Shown one piece after another: positions 41,918 to 52,304 of a stretch of 64,000 nucleotides of DNA (the first letter of the stretch is position 1; each line of letters begins with the position of its first letter). Position numbers and translations under genes: made by a program. The DNA lies in the NCBI GenBank assembly GCA_963778655.1, contig CAVZVA010000003.1, positions 480,001 to 544,000 of the forward strand. The letters are read 5' to 3'. Below the pieces are notes generated by a model. It saw only the letters and a program-made list of their open reading frames with translations. It did not search any database and had not been told where the DNA came from. Source of the stretch: an uncultured delta proteobacterium (GTDB lineage Bacteria > Myxococcota_A > Polyangia > Polyangiales > JAFGIB01).

Positions 41918-42865
41918 TCACTGCCCCTCGCCCGCACCGACGCCCCGCCCTCCGCGCGCAGCGCCCGGCCCGTCCTGGACGACGCCGCGGTGCAGGATTG
42001 CGGGCGGCTGGATGCCGTGCTCGCGGAACGCCTGCAGCACGCGCAGGTGCACGTCGGTCTCGAACGGTTTCTCGTAGCGACAGTCGAACACGTAGGGACG
42101 CGCCTTGATGTGAAACGCGACGAAGTCCTGCACAACCTGCTGCCTGGCCAAGAGCGGCACGGGTCGATCGAAGAAGATATAGGGGCTGGTGAGGCACGCC
42201 TCCTGAATCAAGCTCATCGCGAGACGCATGTCCTGGTCGAGCCCTATGTAGAAATCGAGCGGCACCTGCATCTCGAGCGCGCCGTAGTTACCGCTCGATG
42301 CCACGTCGGTGAGGATCTTGTTGTTCGGGATCGTGATCAGGTTGTCGTCTAGCGTGTTCAAGCGCACGCTGCGTAGGCCGATCTTGACGATGTCGCCGTA
42401 GGCACCTGCGTAGGTGACGCGGTCGCCCACCTGAAACGGGCGATCGAACATGATGGTGACGCCGGCGATGAAAGCAGCGACCAGATCGCGCATCGCGAAA
42501 CCGACCGCAAACGCCAGCGCGCCGCCGATCACGGTGAGCGCCGTCGAGTCGAGCCGGATGCTCAAGCCCATGCAGATCATCGCCGCGCCGATGTAGATCA
42601 CGAAGCGCGTGACCGATTCGACCTTCTGAAACGTCGGCCGCCGGTTGGCGAAGCGGACGCTCAAGCGCGCCGAGACGTCGCCGATGACGCGTAACACGAC
42701 CATCGCGCCGACGAGCATCGGGATCGACAGCAGCACGCCGCCCCAGCGAACCAGGTCGGCAAGCTTGCCGATGTCGGGAGTCTCCTGTGCGAAGGCGGCC
42801 GCAGGGGCCAGCACCGCGAGCAAGGCGACGCAGAAGGGGATCCTGGCTCGGTCGGTGGCGCTCAT
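41918..42865 (-). CDS. Small-conductance mechanosensitive channel (MscS family)
   Basis: GGALAFAVGFAMRD, DRPFQVGDRV, GDIVKIGLRSV, ITIPN, FREHGIQPP. Confidence 0.92.
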   Translation of the reverse strand: MSATDRARIPFCVALLAVLAPAAAFAQETPDIGKLADLVRWGGVLLSIPMLVGAMVVLRVIGDVSARLSVRFANRRPTFQKVESVTRFVIYIGAAMICMGLSIRLDSTALTVIGGALAFAVGFAMRDLVAAFIAGVTIMFDRPFQVGDRVTYAGAYGDIVKIGLRSVRLNTLDDNLITIPNNKILTDVASSGNYGALEMQVPLDFYIGLDQDMRLAMSLIQEACLTSPYIFFDRPVPLLARQQVVQDFVAFHIKARPYVFDCRYEKPFETDVHLRVLQAFREHGIQPPAILHRGVVQDGPGAARGGRGVGAGEGQ

Positions 42866-42879
42866 CGCATGCCTCACGT

Positions 42880-45800
42880 TCAGCTGCTCGTGGCCAACAG
42901 GTGACGGCGTTGGAGATACCGGGTGATGGCGCGGTACCAGCCCCACGTCAGCACGTAGCGACCGTCGCGCTCGGAGAAGTAGCCACGGACCATGCCGTAG
43001 CGCAAGGCGTCCTGCACGGCAGACATTCCCAGCTGCGTCGCGCGCGCGATGTCGCTGGGTAGCGCAGGCTCGAGCTGAACGATCGCTCGCAGCACGAACA
43101 CGGCCGCATCGGGTAGTTGCTCGAGGTCGCGGGTGTCCGGTGCGTGGAACACTTTGACGCGCACTGTCCCCTCTCCGTCCTGACCGAGCGAGCGTCGCCA
43201 CATGTGCAGCGCGACACCCGGATTGCCGGCGGCGTAGTCCCAAAGCAGCCGGTAGTAACCGGCCGCCGTGGCGGACAGCGCCTCCTCACGGTCGATCTCG
43301 TCGGCGTCCGCCGGGAGCTTACCGACGAGGTCATCGAAGCTGGGCAATAGCCCGGCAAGTCTGGTGCGCGAGACGAGCAGGCGACTGACGTCCTCGTCGC
43401 CCCACGGTGCGAGCGTGACCACCTCGTCGAACAACGGGCGAGCGCCGCGCGCGCGTTCGAAGAAGCGCCACACAGACTCGTCGATGGCGAGCACCCAGGT
43501 GCAGGTAGAGCTCCTGCGCCGGGCGATCTCGATCAGATGATCGAACGCCGCCAGGCCCCCCATCACCGGCAGGATCAGGCGGTGTGCGTCGTCGATCAGT
43601 AGGCCCGCATCGCGGTCGGGCGCGTCGATTGCGGCCGCCGCTTGATCCAAGGTCGCGTCCTCGGCCAGTCCGGCACGGCTGACCAGCTCTCGGCGCAACG
43701 CCTCGAGCCCGCCGACAGGGCACTGCACGGTGACCGTGTCCGCGCGCCCGGCGACCCTGGACAGCGTGGTGGTCTTGCCCGCGCCGCGCTCCCCGACCAC
43801 GGCAAACACCCCGCCGCCCGGACGCGTGATGCGCTCCACGATTGCGTCTACCTCGTCGCCCACACGGTCGTCGATCAACGTCTCGGATCGGCGGTTCGGC
43901 GAGAGAGCCTCAAACGCGTCGACCAGCAGGGGCCGCAACGTCGGCCGTACCGCTTCCTTCTCCAGCTTGTCGAGGCCACGGCGAAACAGATACGCGTGGG
44001 CGCGTCGGGTCAGATCGAAACGCCCTGCCCACGTTCGCACGGCGCGGACGGCACCCTGGACGAACAGCACCACGCCGGCAGCGGCCGCAGAGAACAAGCT
44101 CTTGTAGCCGTGCTGGTTCGCCATGGCCCAGGCGTGAAACGCGTTCTTCCTGCGGATGCGCGCGACGCGCTCGAAGATGGTCTCGCGCCACCAGCGCACG
44201 ATCAGCAAGGCGAGCGGGGGCGCGGCGAGCCAGCAGGTGGAAAACACCCAGCTGTAGATGGTGCCTTTGCCGACCAGCCGGTCGCTGAGCCCGAGGATCA
44301 ACCCAAAGGCGACCACGGCGTGGCCGAGCAGCCGCAACGAGCGCAAGCGCAGGGCGGCGTGGATACCCTGCCGGTCGCGCGCGTCTCCGGCGATCGCGTC
44401 GAGCGATAGCACGACGAGCGAGCCTCCGAGCGTCCATGCGAGCACCGTGCTCGCGATGTCCACCTCGAACAGCCCCTGTGCCGGTGCAGGCAAGAGCTGC
44501 ACCAGCACGAATACGAGCAGCAGCCACTGCAGCGGCTGGCGCACGTGGATCAGGAACTCGAGCACGCGCTCTGCGGGAGTGGGCTCGATGACCGCCGCCG
44601 TCATGCTCGAGGCGCGCTCGTGCCTCGCCCGCAGCGCAAGCGTGATGCGGCGCTTCGCGTAGAAGAACAGGGCCAGGGCCATCGCCCACTCGACCGCGAC
44701 GAACCCGATCGTCACCGCCCCGCGTTCGGTGCCTTTGCGGCCGTCGCGCAGCGAGGCGACCCAGCGCAGCAAGACGTGCATGTGGTAGCGCGCGAGCAGC
44801 GTCACCTGGCGCGCTTCGGCCACCGCCTGATCGAAGCCGGCGGGACCAAAGCCCGTGACCGCCCCGCGCTTCTGGCTCGACAGCAGCGGCAACAGCGCGA
44901 GCCGGTCGCCGTTCAACGCGATCATGTCCTCGTTGAGCTGGTCGAGCTGGGTCTCGCGGAACGCGGCAAACGCAGCGCGCAAGACACCCGCCTCGCGTGT
45001 GAGCGTGGAGCGCAGACGGTCGACCTCTGCATGGTCGACGTCGTAGGGAAGACTGAGCGCCACCGCGCCGGGCGAGGGCGCGGGCCGCTGCTTCGCGGAG
45101 AGCTCCCGGCCGAGCTCGTCGCGCACGCTGCGCAGGTGTGCACGGAGCTCGTCGTAGAGCGCGTCCGCGGACGCGTCGTCGGTCAATCGCATGTCGATCA
45201 ACTGGCGCACCTTACGGCGCAGCCCGAGCGTCCGGTCGCGGCGCTCCAAGAGACGCGCGCGCTTGCGCGCCAGGTCGGCCTCGGCCTCGGTCTGTCGTTG
45301 CGCCACGCCGAGCAAGCGCGCGTGCTCCTCGGCCACGGCGCGCTCGGCCTCATTGCGCGCACGTTGGGCGGCCTCGAGCGCGCGTTGGCGCTCCTGCTCG
45401 GCCTCCTGTGCGCGGCGCTCCGCGTCGCTGATAACCTGCTGCGTCTTTTGCTGCTGGCTCGCCTGCTCTTCGGCGCGCTTCTGCTGCGCGTCGAGCAACG
45501 CGCCGCGTTCGGTCGCTGGCAGCGAGTAGAAGGCGAGCCGCGCTCGAATCGAGGGCGACCCGCGCGGTCCAGATCTCGGCGTCGAGGGGCGGCCCGGCGT
45601 CGGCCACGCCGGCGTCCATCGGCGGGCCGGCGGCTTCCGTCTTCGCGTGGCGCTTGTGCTTGGCTTTGAGCTTACCCTTGGAGGGCGGAGCCGGCGGCCG
45701 CGCCTGCGGCGCGAGCAAGCGTCGCAGGCGCTCGGCTTCGACGCGCAGCGCAGCCTCGTCGTCCAGTGGCACGTCGAACAGAGAGGCGGGCTGCACGCTG

Positions 45801-46087
45801 GGGTCCAGCGTCCCCGCGCGCAGCGCGTCGACCTTCGCGGCCGTGTCCCGCAGGGCCCGGACCGCGGGGTCGGGTGCCGCCGGTACGGAGGCATCCGGGG
45901 TCTGCCGCCTGGCGGGTGCCGCCGCGCCCGCAGCGTTCGGGGTCGCCGCGTCGGGTGCCGGCTGGGCGGTTGCGCGCGCGAGCAGCCCGAGCCAAAGGGC
46001 GCCGCCGAGCAGCGCACGGCCCGCGAGCTCGCGGCCACGGAGCCCACGACGCTGGCGTTGGCACCCTCTGCGCATGGAGTGCGCCAT
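42880..46087 (-). CDS. Large membrane-embedded P-loop NTPase (signal peptide, coiled coil, TMs, AAA/STAND-like, wHTH); +1 frameshift near 45547
   Basis: N-terminus in the frame of ORF 45350..46633 up to RVALD, continuing RARLAFY in ORF 42880..46047; GERGAGKTT, LLIDDAH, GNPG, C-terminal HTH. Confidence 0.8.
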
Positions 46088-46263
46088 TGTCGCCGGTTGC
46101 GGCGTCTGCGTCGAGGTTTCGCGTTTCGCCGGCAACCACTCGACTCGCGCCGGCGGCCGCCGGCGGAGCTCGCCCGTGCTCGCCGGCCCGCTCCCGCAAG
46201 CGCCCGAGATCACAGCACGGGCGAGTCGGCGCGGGGCCTGCAACGCGAGTGGCGGAGGCGACC

Positions 46264-46950
46264 ATGACCAGTAAACCCAGCGGCCAGATGGAGCGCTTCG
46301 GCGCGCGCGAGCGCTTGATGCTGCACGGCGAGCAGGCACTGAGCGACGCCGAGCTGGTCGCGATCCTGCTCGGCACGGGCTCGGCTCGAGACCCGGTCGC
46401 GGTGCTCGCGCAAAAGCTGATCGAGCAGGCCGGTGGGCTCGCCGGGCTGCGCCGGGCCGGTCTTTCGGCGTTGAGCCGGTTCCCCGGGATCGGCGCGACC
46501 AAGGCCTGCCGCCTGCGCGCAGCGCTCGAGCTCGGCGTGCGCCTGAGCGCATCGCCGCTGCGGCCCCGCGAGCCGCTGCAGCAGAGCGCGGACGTGGCGA
46601 GCGCGCTCGGCCCGCGCCTGCGCGGGGCGGCACGCGAGCACTTCTTCGCGCTCGCGCTCGACGCCAAGAATCGGCCGGTGGCCGAGATCCTGGTCGCGGT
46701 CGGCAGCCTGACTGCCTGCGCGATCACACCGGCCGACGTATTCCGGCTGGTGCTGCGGGAGCCGGCCGCGGCGGTGGTCTTCGTGCACAACCACCCCAGC
46801 GGCGAGCCCGCCCCCAGCAGCGAGGACGTACGCGTCACCGAGCGCCTACAGCAAGCCGGCGCGCTGCTCGGGGTCAAGGTGCTGGACCACGTGATCCTGG
46901 GTCACGACAGCCACTTCAGCTTCCTCGACGCGGGATTGCTGAGCGCGTGA
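46264..46950 (+). CDS. radC: RadC family JAB-domain protein
   Basis: RERL..LSDAELVAILLGTG, GIG..KA, REHF, HNHPSG.P.PS.ED, LDHVI. Confidence 0.95.
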   Translation: MTSKPSGQMERFGARERLMLHGEQALSDAELVAILLGTGSARDPVAVLAQKLIEQAGGLAGLRRAGLSALSRFPGIGATKACRLRAALELGVRLSASPLRPREPLQQSADVASALGPRLRGAAREHFFALALDAKNRPVAEILVAVGSLTACAITPADVFRLVLREPAAAVVFVHNHPSGEPAPSSEDVRVTERLQQAGALLGVKVLDHVILGHDSHFSFLDAGLLSA

Positions 46951-47049
46951 GGGAGGTTGAAGGTGGAGGCGGAGGCGGGAGACGAGGGCGAAGAGGACAA
47001 AGAGGAGGACTACGAGGACGAGGATGAGTAGGAGCAGGAGGGTGAATAC
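46951..47049 (+). repeat. Purine-rich degenerate GA(G/C)-triplet low-complexity tract
   Basis: GACGAGGGCGAAGAGGACAAAGAGGAGGACTACGAGGACGAGGATGAGTAGGAGCAGGAG. Confidence 0.6.
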
Positions 47050-47176
47050 GGCCGCGGCTGGCGGGCGCAGGCGGGTGCGAGCCGGGGCGGCAGGGGGGCA
47101 TCCACCGTGCGCTTGACACCCTCCAGATCGCGTGCTTCTCTCCCGCGTCCCGGGCCCCGGCCCGCGAGTAACGGCC

Positions 47177-47326
47177 GTGAGACGCACCTATCAGCCACAC
47201 CGAAAGCGCCGCCTGCGAACGCACGGATTTCGCGCGCGAATGAAGACGGCGACCGGCCGTCAAGTGATCAGCAACCGGCGCCGCAAGGGGCGCCGGCGCC
47301 TGGCGGTCGGCGTCTACAAGAAGTGA
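47177..47326 (+). CDS. rpmH: 50S ribosomal protein L34
   Basis: [45 protein letters not shown] start; TTGACA at 47113. Confidence 0.97.
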   Translation: MRRTYQPHRKRRLRTHGFRARMKTATGRQVISNRRRKGRRRLAVGVYKK

Positions 47327-47724
47327 GCCTTCGCCCGGCGCCCGCTCAAGGCCATCGGCGCGCGGACCGCATCCTCAGTCGCAGCGACTTCCTGCGTGTG
47401 CAGCGCGAAGGGAAACGCGTGCACACCGCCCATTTCGTCATCCTGGTCCTGCCCGCCGGCGCGCAGCGGCTCGGCATCACGGCCACCCGGCGCACGGCCG
47501 GAGCGGTCGGGCGCAACCGGATAAGACGCCTGGTCCGGGAGGTCTTCCGGCGCGAGCGGGGGCTCTTTCCCCCCGCGTGCGAGCTGGTCTTTGTGGCCCG
47601 GACCGGGGCCGACCGGCTAGATTACGCCACCGTCCGCGGCGAGGTCGCGGCGGCCGGCAGCGCGCTCTTGCGCGCCGCCCGGGAACGCCGCACGCGTCCC
47701 GACCCGAGCGAGGCAAGCTCATGA
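47323..47724 (+). CDS. rnpA: Ribonuclease P protein component
   Basis: [39 protein letters not shown] overlap with rpmH. Confidence 0.93.
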   Translation: MSLRPAPAQGHRRADRILSRSDFLRVQREGKRVHTAHFVILVLPAGAQRLGITATRRTAGAVGRNRIRRLVREVFRRERGLFPPACELVFVARTGADRLDYATVRGEVAAAGSALLRAARERRTRPDPSEASS

Positions 47725-48065
47725 TCACACGCGCGTCGCTGTGGCTGATCCGGCTCTACCAGCTGCTGCTGTCGCCGCTGCTGGGCTCGACCTGCCGCTT
47801 CCACCCGAGCTGCTCGAGCTACACCGCCACCTGCATCGAGCGTTTCGGCGCCGGCCGCGGGCTGTGGCTCGGCGCGCGGCGCCTGCTGCGCTGCCACCCG
47901 TTCCATCCGGGCGGCTACGACCCCCGCCTTCGTGCACCGCGCCCGCGCCCAACCCGGCCGCAAGCCGGGCGCGGCCGGCCGCGCTGCCGGAGCCGAGCGC
48001 CCTCCCTCCCCGCGACTAGGACCCGCCGCGCATGGACGACTCCGGGAAACGCAATCTGCTGCTGA
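47721..48065 (+). CDS. yidD: Membrane protein insertion efficiency factor (true end probably 48019 if one C is missing at 47921-47925)
   Basis: [29 protein letters not shown]. Confidence 0.92.
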   Translation: MITRASLWLIRLYQLLLSPLLGSTCRFHPSCSSYTATCIERFGAGRGLWLGARRLLRCHPFHPGGYDPRLRAPRPRPTRPQAGRGRPRCRSRAPSLPATRTRRAWTTPGNAICC

Positions 48066-49789
48066 TCGGCCTGTTGGCGCTCGCGCTGGTGGTGCCCATG
48101 CTGCTCTCTCCGGCCAAGCACGCAGCGCCCAAGGGCACGGGCGGCAAGGCGCAACCGGCCGCCGCCCGTGAGAAGAGCGCTCCCGACGCCGGGCCGAGCA
48201 GCGCGGCGACCAGCGCCGCGCGCAAGGCCTTGCAGAAGCTGGGACGCATCCGCACGCCCGAGTTCAGCGCGCTGGTCTCTAGCCTCAACGGCGGGCTGAC
48301 GCGCTTCGAGCTCGAGACCGCGCGCTACCACAGCCGCGGCAAGCCGGTCGACATCGTCACCACCAATCGCGAGCCCTACCTCCCGCTGGCGGTGGACATC
48401 GACGGGCTGCCGGTCGACGCGCGCAGCACCTGGGACTTGCAGCAGCTCTCGCCCAGCGCGGTGCTGCTCAGCCGTGAGGCCGCAGGCCTGCGCGTCAGCC
48501 GTAAGCTCGAGGCCGGGCGCAGCCCCTACCAGCTCTGGCTCACCACCCACATCGAGAACCGCAGCGACAGCACGCGCACGGTCCAGCTCCACATCTCGAC
48601 CTACCACTACGTCACGCGCGAGGCCGAGGGCGGGCACGTGCCGCTGTTGCCGGTGCGTTCCGCGGCCATCAGTCACGCGCTGTGCCGCCACGACGGCGAC
48701 CTCGAACGCAAGGACCGCAAGGCGCTATCCAGCTCCCAGAGCTACCACGGCCCGATCGTCTTCGACGGGATCGAGAACGTGTATTTCCTGAGCGCGGTCG
48801 CGCCGGACTCGGACGACACGCTGGACTGCCGCCTGGACGCCGCCGCTCGCGGGGGCACCGAGGAAAACCCGACCGGCACGCTGTTCAGCGCGCGCCTGAG
48901 CTACCGCGAGGTGGAGCTCGCGCCCCACGGCAGCAAGACCTACCGCACGCTGGCCTATCTCGGACCCAAGAGCCCGGGCGAGCTCGCGGCCGCGGGCCAC
49001 TCGCTCAAGGGCGCGATCCAGAGCGGCTGGTTCACCAGCCTGGCCGAAGGCCTGACCTGGCTGCTGCGCAAGATCCACGAGGGCGTCGGCAACTGGGGCG
49101 TCGCGATCATCCTGCTGACCTTCCTGGTCAAGGCGACGCTGTTCCCCCTGACCGCCAAGCAGATGCAGTCGATGGCGCGGATGAAGGAGCTCAAGCCCGA
49201 GCTCGACCGCATCAACGAGCTGTACGGCGACGACCGCGAGAAGAAGGGCGCCGCGATCATGGAGCTGTACCGCAAGCGGGGCGTCAACCCGATGGCGGGC
49301 TGCTTCCCGGTGCTGCTGCAGCTGCCGATCTGGTTCTCGCTCTACGCCTCGCTCTCGAGCAATGTCGAGCTGTTCCGGGCGCCGTTCGCGCTGTGGTGGA
49401 CGGACCTCTCCTCACCCGACCCCTTGTTCGTGCTGCCGCTGGCCCTGGGGGTGCTGATGTTCGTGCAGCAGAAGATCTCCCCGGCCACGGGCGTGGACCC
49501 ACTGCAGCAAAAGCTGATGCTGTACATGATGCCGGCCATGATCACGAGCTTCATGCTGTTTTTGCCCGCCGGCTTGTGTCTGTACATGTTCACCAACTCT
49601 GCGCTAAGTATAGGTCAGCAGCGACTGATCGAGGTTCGCTTGAAGACGGCATCCAAGGCCCCAACCGAGCCCGAATCCAAGGATCAGGACGCGCCTTCCC
49701 CGCGATCCGAAAAGCCTTCCGCCAACGAGCAGCCCAAGGGCGCAGTGCCCAGCAAAGCAGAACGGAGGTGGCGCCGTGGCAAGAGATAA
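48032..49789 (+). CDS. yidC: Membrane protein insertase
   Basis: [48 protein letters not shown]. Confidence 0.96.
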   Translation: MDDSGKRNLLLIGLLALALVVPMLLSPAKHAAPKGTGGKAQPAAAREKSAPDAGPSSAATSAARKALQKLGRIRTPEFSALVSSLNGGLTRFELETARYHSRGKPVDIVTTNREPYLPLAVDIDGLPVDARSTWDLQQLSPSAVLLSREAAGLRVSRKLEAGRSPYQLWLTTHIENRSDSTRTVQLHISTYHYVTREAEGGHVPLLPVRSAAISHALCRHDGDLERKDRKALSSSQSYHGPIVFDGIENVYFLSAVAPDSDDTLDCRLDAAARGGTEENPTGTLFSARLSYREVELAPHGSKTYRTLAYLGPKSPGELAAAGHSLKGAIQSGWFTSLAEGLTWLLRKIHEGVGNWGVAIILLTFLVKATLFPLTAKQMQSMARMKELKPELDRINELYGDDREKKGAAIMELYRKRGVNPMAGCFPVLLQLPIWFSLYASLSSNVELFRAPFALWWTDLSSPDPLFVLPLALGVLMFVQQKISPATGVDPLQQKLMLYMMPAMITSFMLFLPAGLCLYMFTNSALSIGQQRLIEVRLKTASKAPTEPESKDQDAPSPRSEKPSANEQPKGAVPSKAERRWRRGKR

Positions 49790-50369
49790 CAAGCCCCCCG
49801 AGATGGACGGAGCCCTGATCGTCGAGGGCGACGACGCCGCCGCGGTCGATGCCCCGCCGCTCGAGCCCCAAGAAGACGGCAAGGCCGAGCTGGCGCTCGA
49901 AATGGTCAGCGAGATCGTCGGCCGTATGGGGCTGATCCTCGCTGTCAAGATCCGCGAGGACGCCGACGAGGTAGTGCTCGACATCGGCGGCGAGGACGCC
50001 GGGCGCGTGATCGGCAAGAAGGGCCAGACGCTGGACGCGCTGCAGTTCATTATCAACAAGATCGTCAATCGCTTCCCCGAGGGCCGCCGCCACGTGCTGC
50101 TCGACTCCGGCGACTACCGGCAGCGACGCGAGGACGGGCTGGCGTCGATGGCGCGGCGCGAGGCCAAGCGCGCCGTGGCCCAGAGTCGCATCGTGACGCT
50201 CGAGCCGATGTCGCCGCGCGACCGGCGCGTTGTGCACCTGTCGCTGGCCAAATTCCCGGGTGTGAGCACGCGCTCGGATGGCGAGGGCAACGAGCGCCGG
50301 GTGCGCATCATTCCCGCGCGCGCGCACGGCGGCAGCCGCGATCGGGATCGCGGCCGCTATCGCAGGTAG
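49776..50369 (+). CDS. jag: KH + R3H RNA-binding protein Jag/KhpB, lacking the Jag_N domain
   Basis: IGKKGQTLDALQ, DYRQRRE, LEPMSPRDRRVVH, TRSDGEG..RRVRI. Confidence 0.92.
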   Translation: MARDNKPPEMDGALIVEGDDAAAVDAPPLEPQEDGKAELALEMVSEIVGRMGLILAVKIREDADEVVLDIGGEDAGRVIGKKGQTLDALQFIINKIVNRFPEGRRHVLLDSGDYRQRREDGLASMARREAKRAVAQSRIVTLEPMSPRDRRVVHLSLAKFPGVSTRSDGEGNERRVRIIPARAHGGSRDRDRGRYRR

Positions 50370-51007
50370 AGCGTGACGCAGCGCGGCGCGCCCGAAAACG
50401 GCAGCCGGTAGTCGCGGCGCAGCAGCAGCTGCACGCCCTCGGGCGGCGGCGGCGGCGGTGCGCTGGCCGTGAGCACGAGCGCGCGCGGCGCCAGCGCAAG
50501 CGCCAGCGGCAGCCAGCGCTCGGGCAGAAAGGTGGCGCGCGAGCACGCCAGGTCGAACGGCGCGCCCGGCAGCGGGCCGGCGCCGGGCCGTGCCGGATCG
50601 AGACGCCGCTGCAGCACCTGCACGCGCTGCAGCAGCGCCAGTCGCGCCGCGGCGTTGCGCAGAAACGCCGTGCGCTTGGCCTGAGGCTCGACGCACAGCG
50701 CCGACAAGTCGGCGCGCAGCAGCAGCAGCGGCAACAGCGGGGCGCCGGCCCCGGTGCCCACGTCGATCAGGCGCGCGCCGGTCGCCGTGAGCGCAGGCTC
50801 GGAGAGCACGAACGCGTCGCTCAGCAGAACCTCGCACAGCGCCTCGGCCCCGCGTGCGGCCGTCAAGTCGAGCTTGCGGTTCCAGCTCGAAACCAGCGCC
50901 ACGTAGCCGCACAGCCCTGCGTGCTGGCCGGGCGAGAGCGCCTGCCCAAAGGCCGCCGCGACCCGCTCGACCACCCCGCCGTCCCGTGCAGGCTCGAACT
51001 CCATCAC
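50357..51007 (-). CDS. rsmG: 16S rRNA m7G527 methyltransferase
   Basis: WNRKLDLTA, IDVGTGAGAP, KRTAFL, FDLACSRA. Confidence 0.85.
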   Translation of the reverse strand: MMEFEPARDGGVVERVAAAFGQALSPGQHAGLCGYVALVSSWNRKLDLTAARGAEALCEVLLSDAFVLSEPALTATGARLIDVGTGAGAPLLPLLLLRADLSALCVEPQAKRTAFLRNAAARLALLQRVQVLQRRLDPARPGAGPLPGAPFDLACSRATFLPERWLPLALALAPRALVLTASAPPPPPPEGVQLLLRRDYRLPFSGAPRCVTLYLR

Positions 51008-51090
51008 GTGCGCGTGATATCGCGGGGGCGCGGCGCCGGCAAACGCGCCACGGCTTTACCGCAAGCGCGGCCGGGGTTACTCCTGCGCGG

Positions 51091-52176
51091 ATGGACGCCG
51101 ACGGCATCGATCTCTCGCCCGCGCTGCGCCGGCTGTGCGGCGGCGCAGAGCCCGTGGCGCGCCTGAACAAGCTCAAGGGCGACGCCTCGACCCGCAGCTA
51201 CTACCGCCTGCAGCTGCAAGGCCCCTTGCCGTCCGGCGTGCCGCGCTCGCTGATCGCGATGCGCTTGCCCGAAGACGCGCTTGGCAGCGACGAGGGCCAG
51301 GGTGGCGAGCGCCCGCTCGAGCTGCCCTTCATCGACGTGCAGCGCATGCTCGCGGCGCGCGCGATCCCGGTGCCCCGCATCCTGGTCGACGACACGCAAG
51401 GTCGCGTGCTGCTGCTGCAGGACCTGGGCGACGAGACCTTCGGCGAGCGCCTGGCACGCACGCCCCGCGCGGACTGGCCCGCGCTGTACGCGCATGCGAT
51501 CGAGCTGCTCGCGCGCATGCACCGCGCCTGCGAAGGCGGTGCGCCCGGCGAGAGCATCGCCTTCCGCCGCCACTTCGAGCCCGCGCTGCTGCGCTGGGAG
51601 CTCGAGCACTTCGTGGAGTGGGGTCTGACGGCGCCGTTCGGACCGCTCGCGCCCGCCGAGAGCGCCGCGCTCGGCCGCGAGCTCGACGCGCTCGGCGCAC
51701 TGGTCGCGGCGCTGCCGCGGGGCTTCGTCCACCGCGACTACCAATCGCGGAACCTGATGTGGGCGCCCGACGGCCGCCTGACCGTGATCGACTTCCAGGA
51801 CGCGCTGCAGGGCCCGGCTGTGTACGACCTGTGTGCGCTACTGTGCGATTCGTACGTCGCGCTGGAGCAATCCGAGCAGGAAGCCCTGGTCGCGCGCTAC
51901 GCACACGCCATGGGCCAGGACGCCGCGCGGGTGCAAGCCGCGTTCTGGCAGGTGGCGGCGCAGCGCAAGCTCAAGGATGCGGGTCGCTTCGTGTTCATCG
52001 ACCGGGTACGCGGCAACCCCGACTTTCTGCGCTTCTTTCCGCAAAGCCTGCGCTACGCCGGACACGCGCTGCGCGCCGCGGGGCACGAGGCGCTGCTGCA
52101 GCGGCTCGCCCGACTGCTGCCGGGCTTTCCCGACCAGGTTGCGGTGCCGGCGGCGCAGAGCCGCTGCGCGATGTGA
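51091..52176 (+). CDS. Aminoglycoside-phosphotransferase-fold kinase, AmgK-like (MurNAc/GlcNAc kinase)
   Basis: GDASTRSYYR, LLQDLGD, HRDYQSRNLM, IDFQDALQGP..YDL, QRKLKDAGRF. Confidence 0.85.
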   Translation: MDADGIDLSPALRRLCGGAEPVARLNKLKGDASTRSYYRLQLQGPLPSGVPRSLIAMRLPEDALGSDEGQGGERPLELPFIDVQRMLAARAIPVPRILVDDTQGRVLLLQDLGDETFGERLARTPRADWPALYAHAIELLARMHRACEGGAPGESIAFRRHFEPALLRWELEHFVEWGLTAPFGPLAPAESAALGRELDALGALVAALPRGFVHRDYQSRNLMWAPDGRLTVIDFQDALQGPAVYDLCALLCDSYVALEQSEQEALVARYAHAMGQDAARVQAAFWQVAAQRKLKDAGRFVFIDRVRGNPDFLRFFPQSLRYAGHALRAAGHEALLQRLARLLPGFPDQVAVPAAQSRCAM

Positions 52177-52304
52177 GCCAGGCTACCCGTCAAGCTCGCG
52201 GGGTCTCTGACCCGCGGCAGGGAGGCGCCTGGCTTGCCTGTTTCGAGCCCATGTCCCGGGGACTTGCCCCTGCCGGGGGCACTAGTAGACTCCCGGCGGT
52301 CGCG

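Noticed and set aside
46264..46950. radC as a marker of a mobile or anti-restriction element
   Set aside because: Full-length chromosomal form with the N-terminal HhH region, next to core genes
46951..47176. Possible oriC next to rpmH
   Set aside because: No dnaA, no TTATCCACA-like boxes seen, no AT-rich unwinding element
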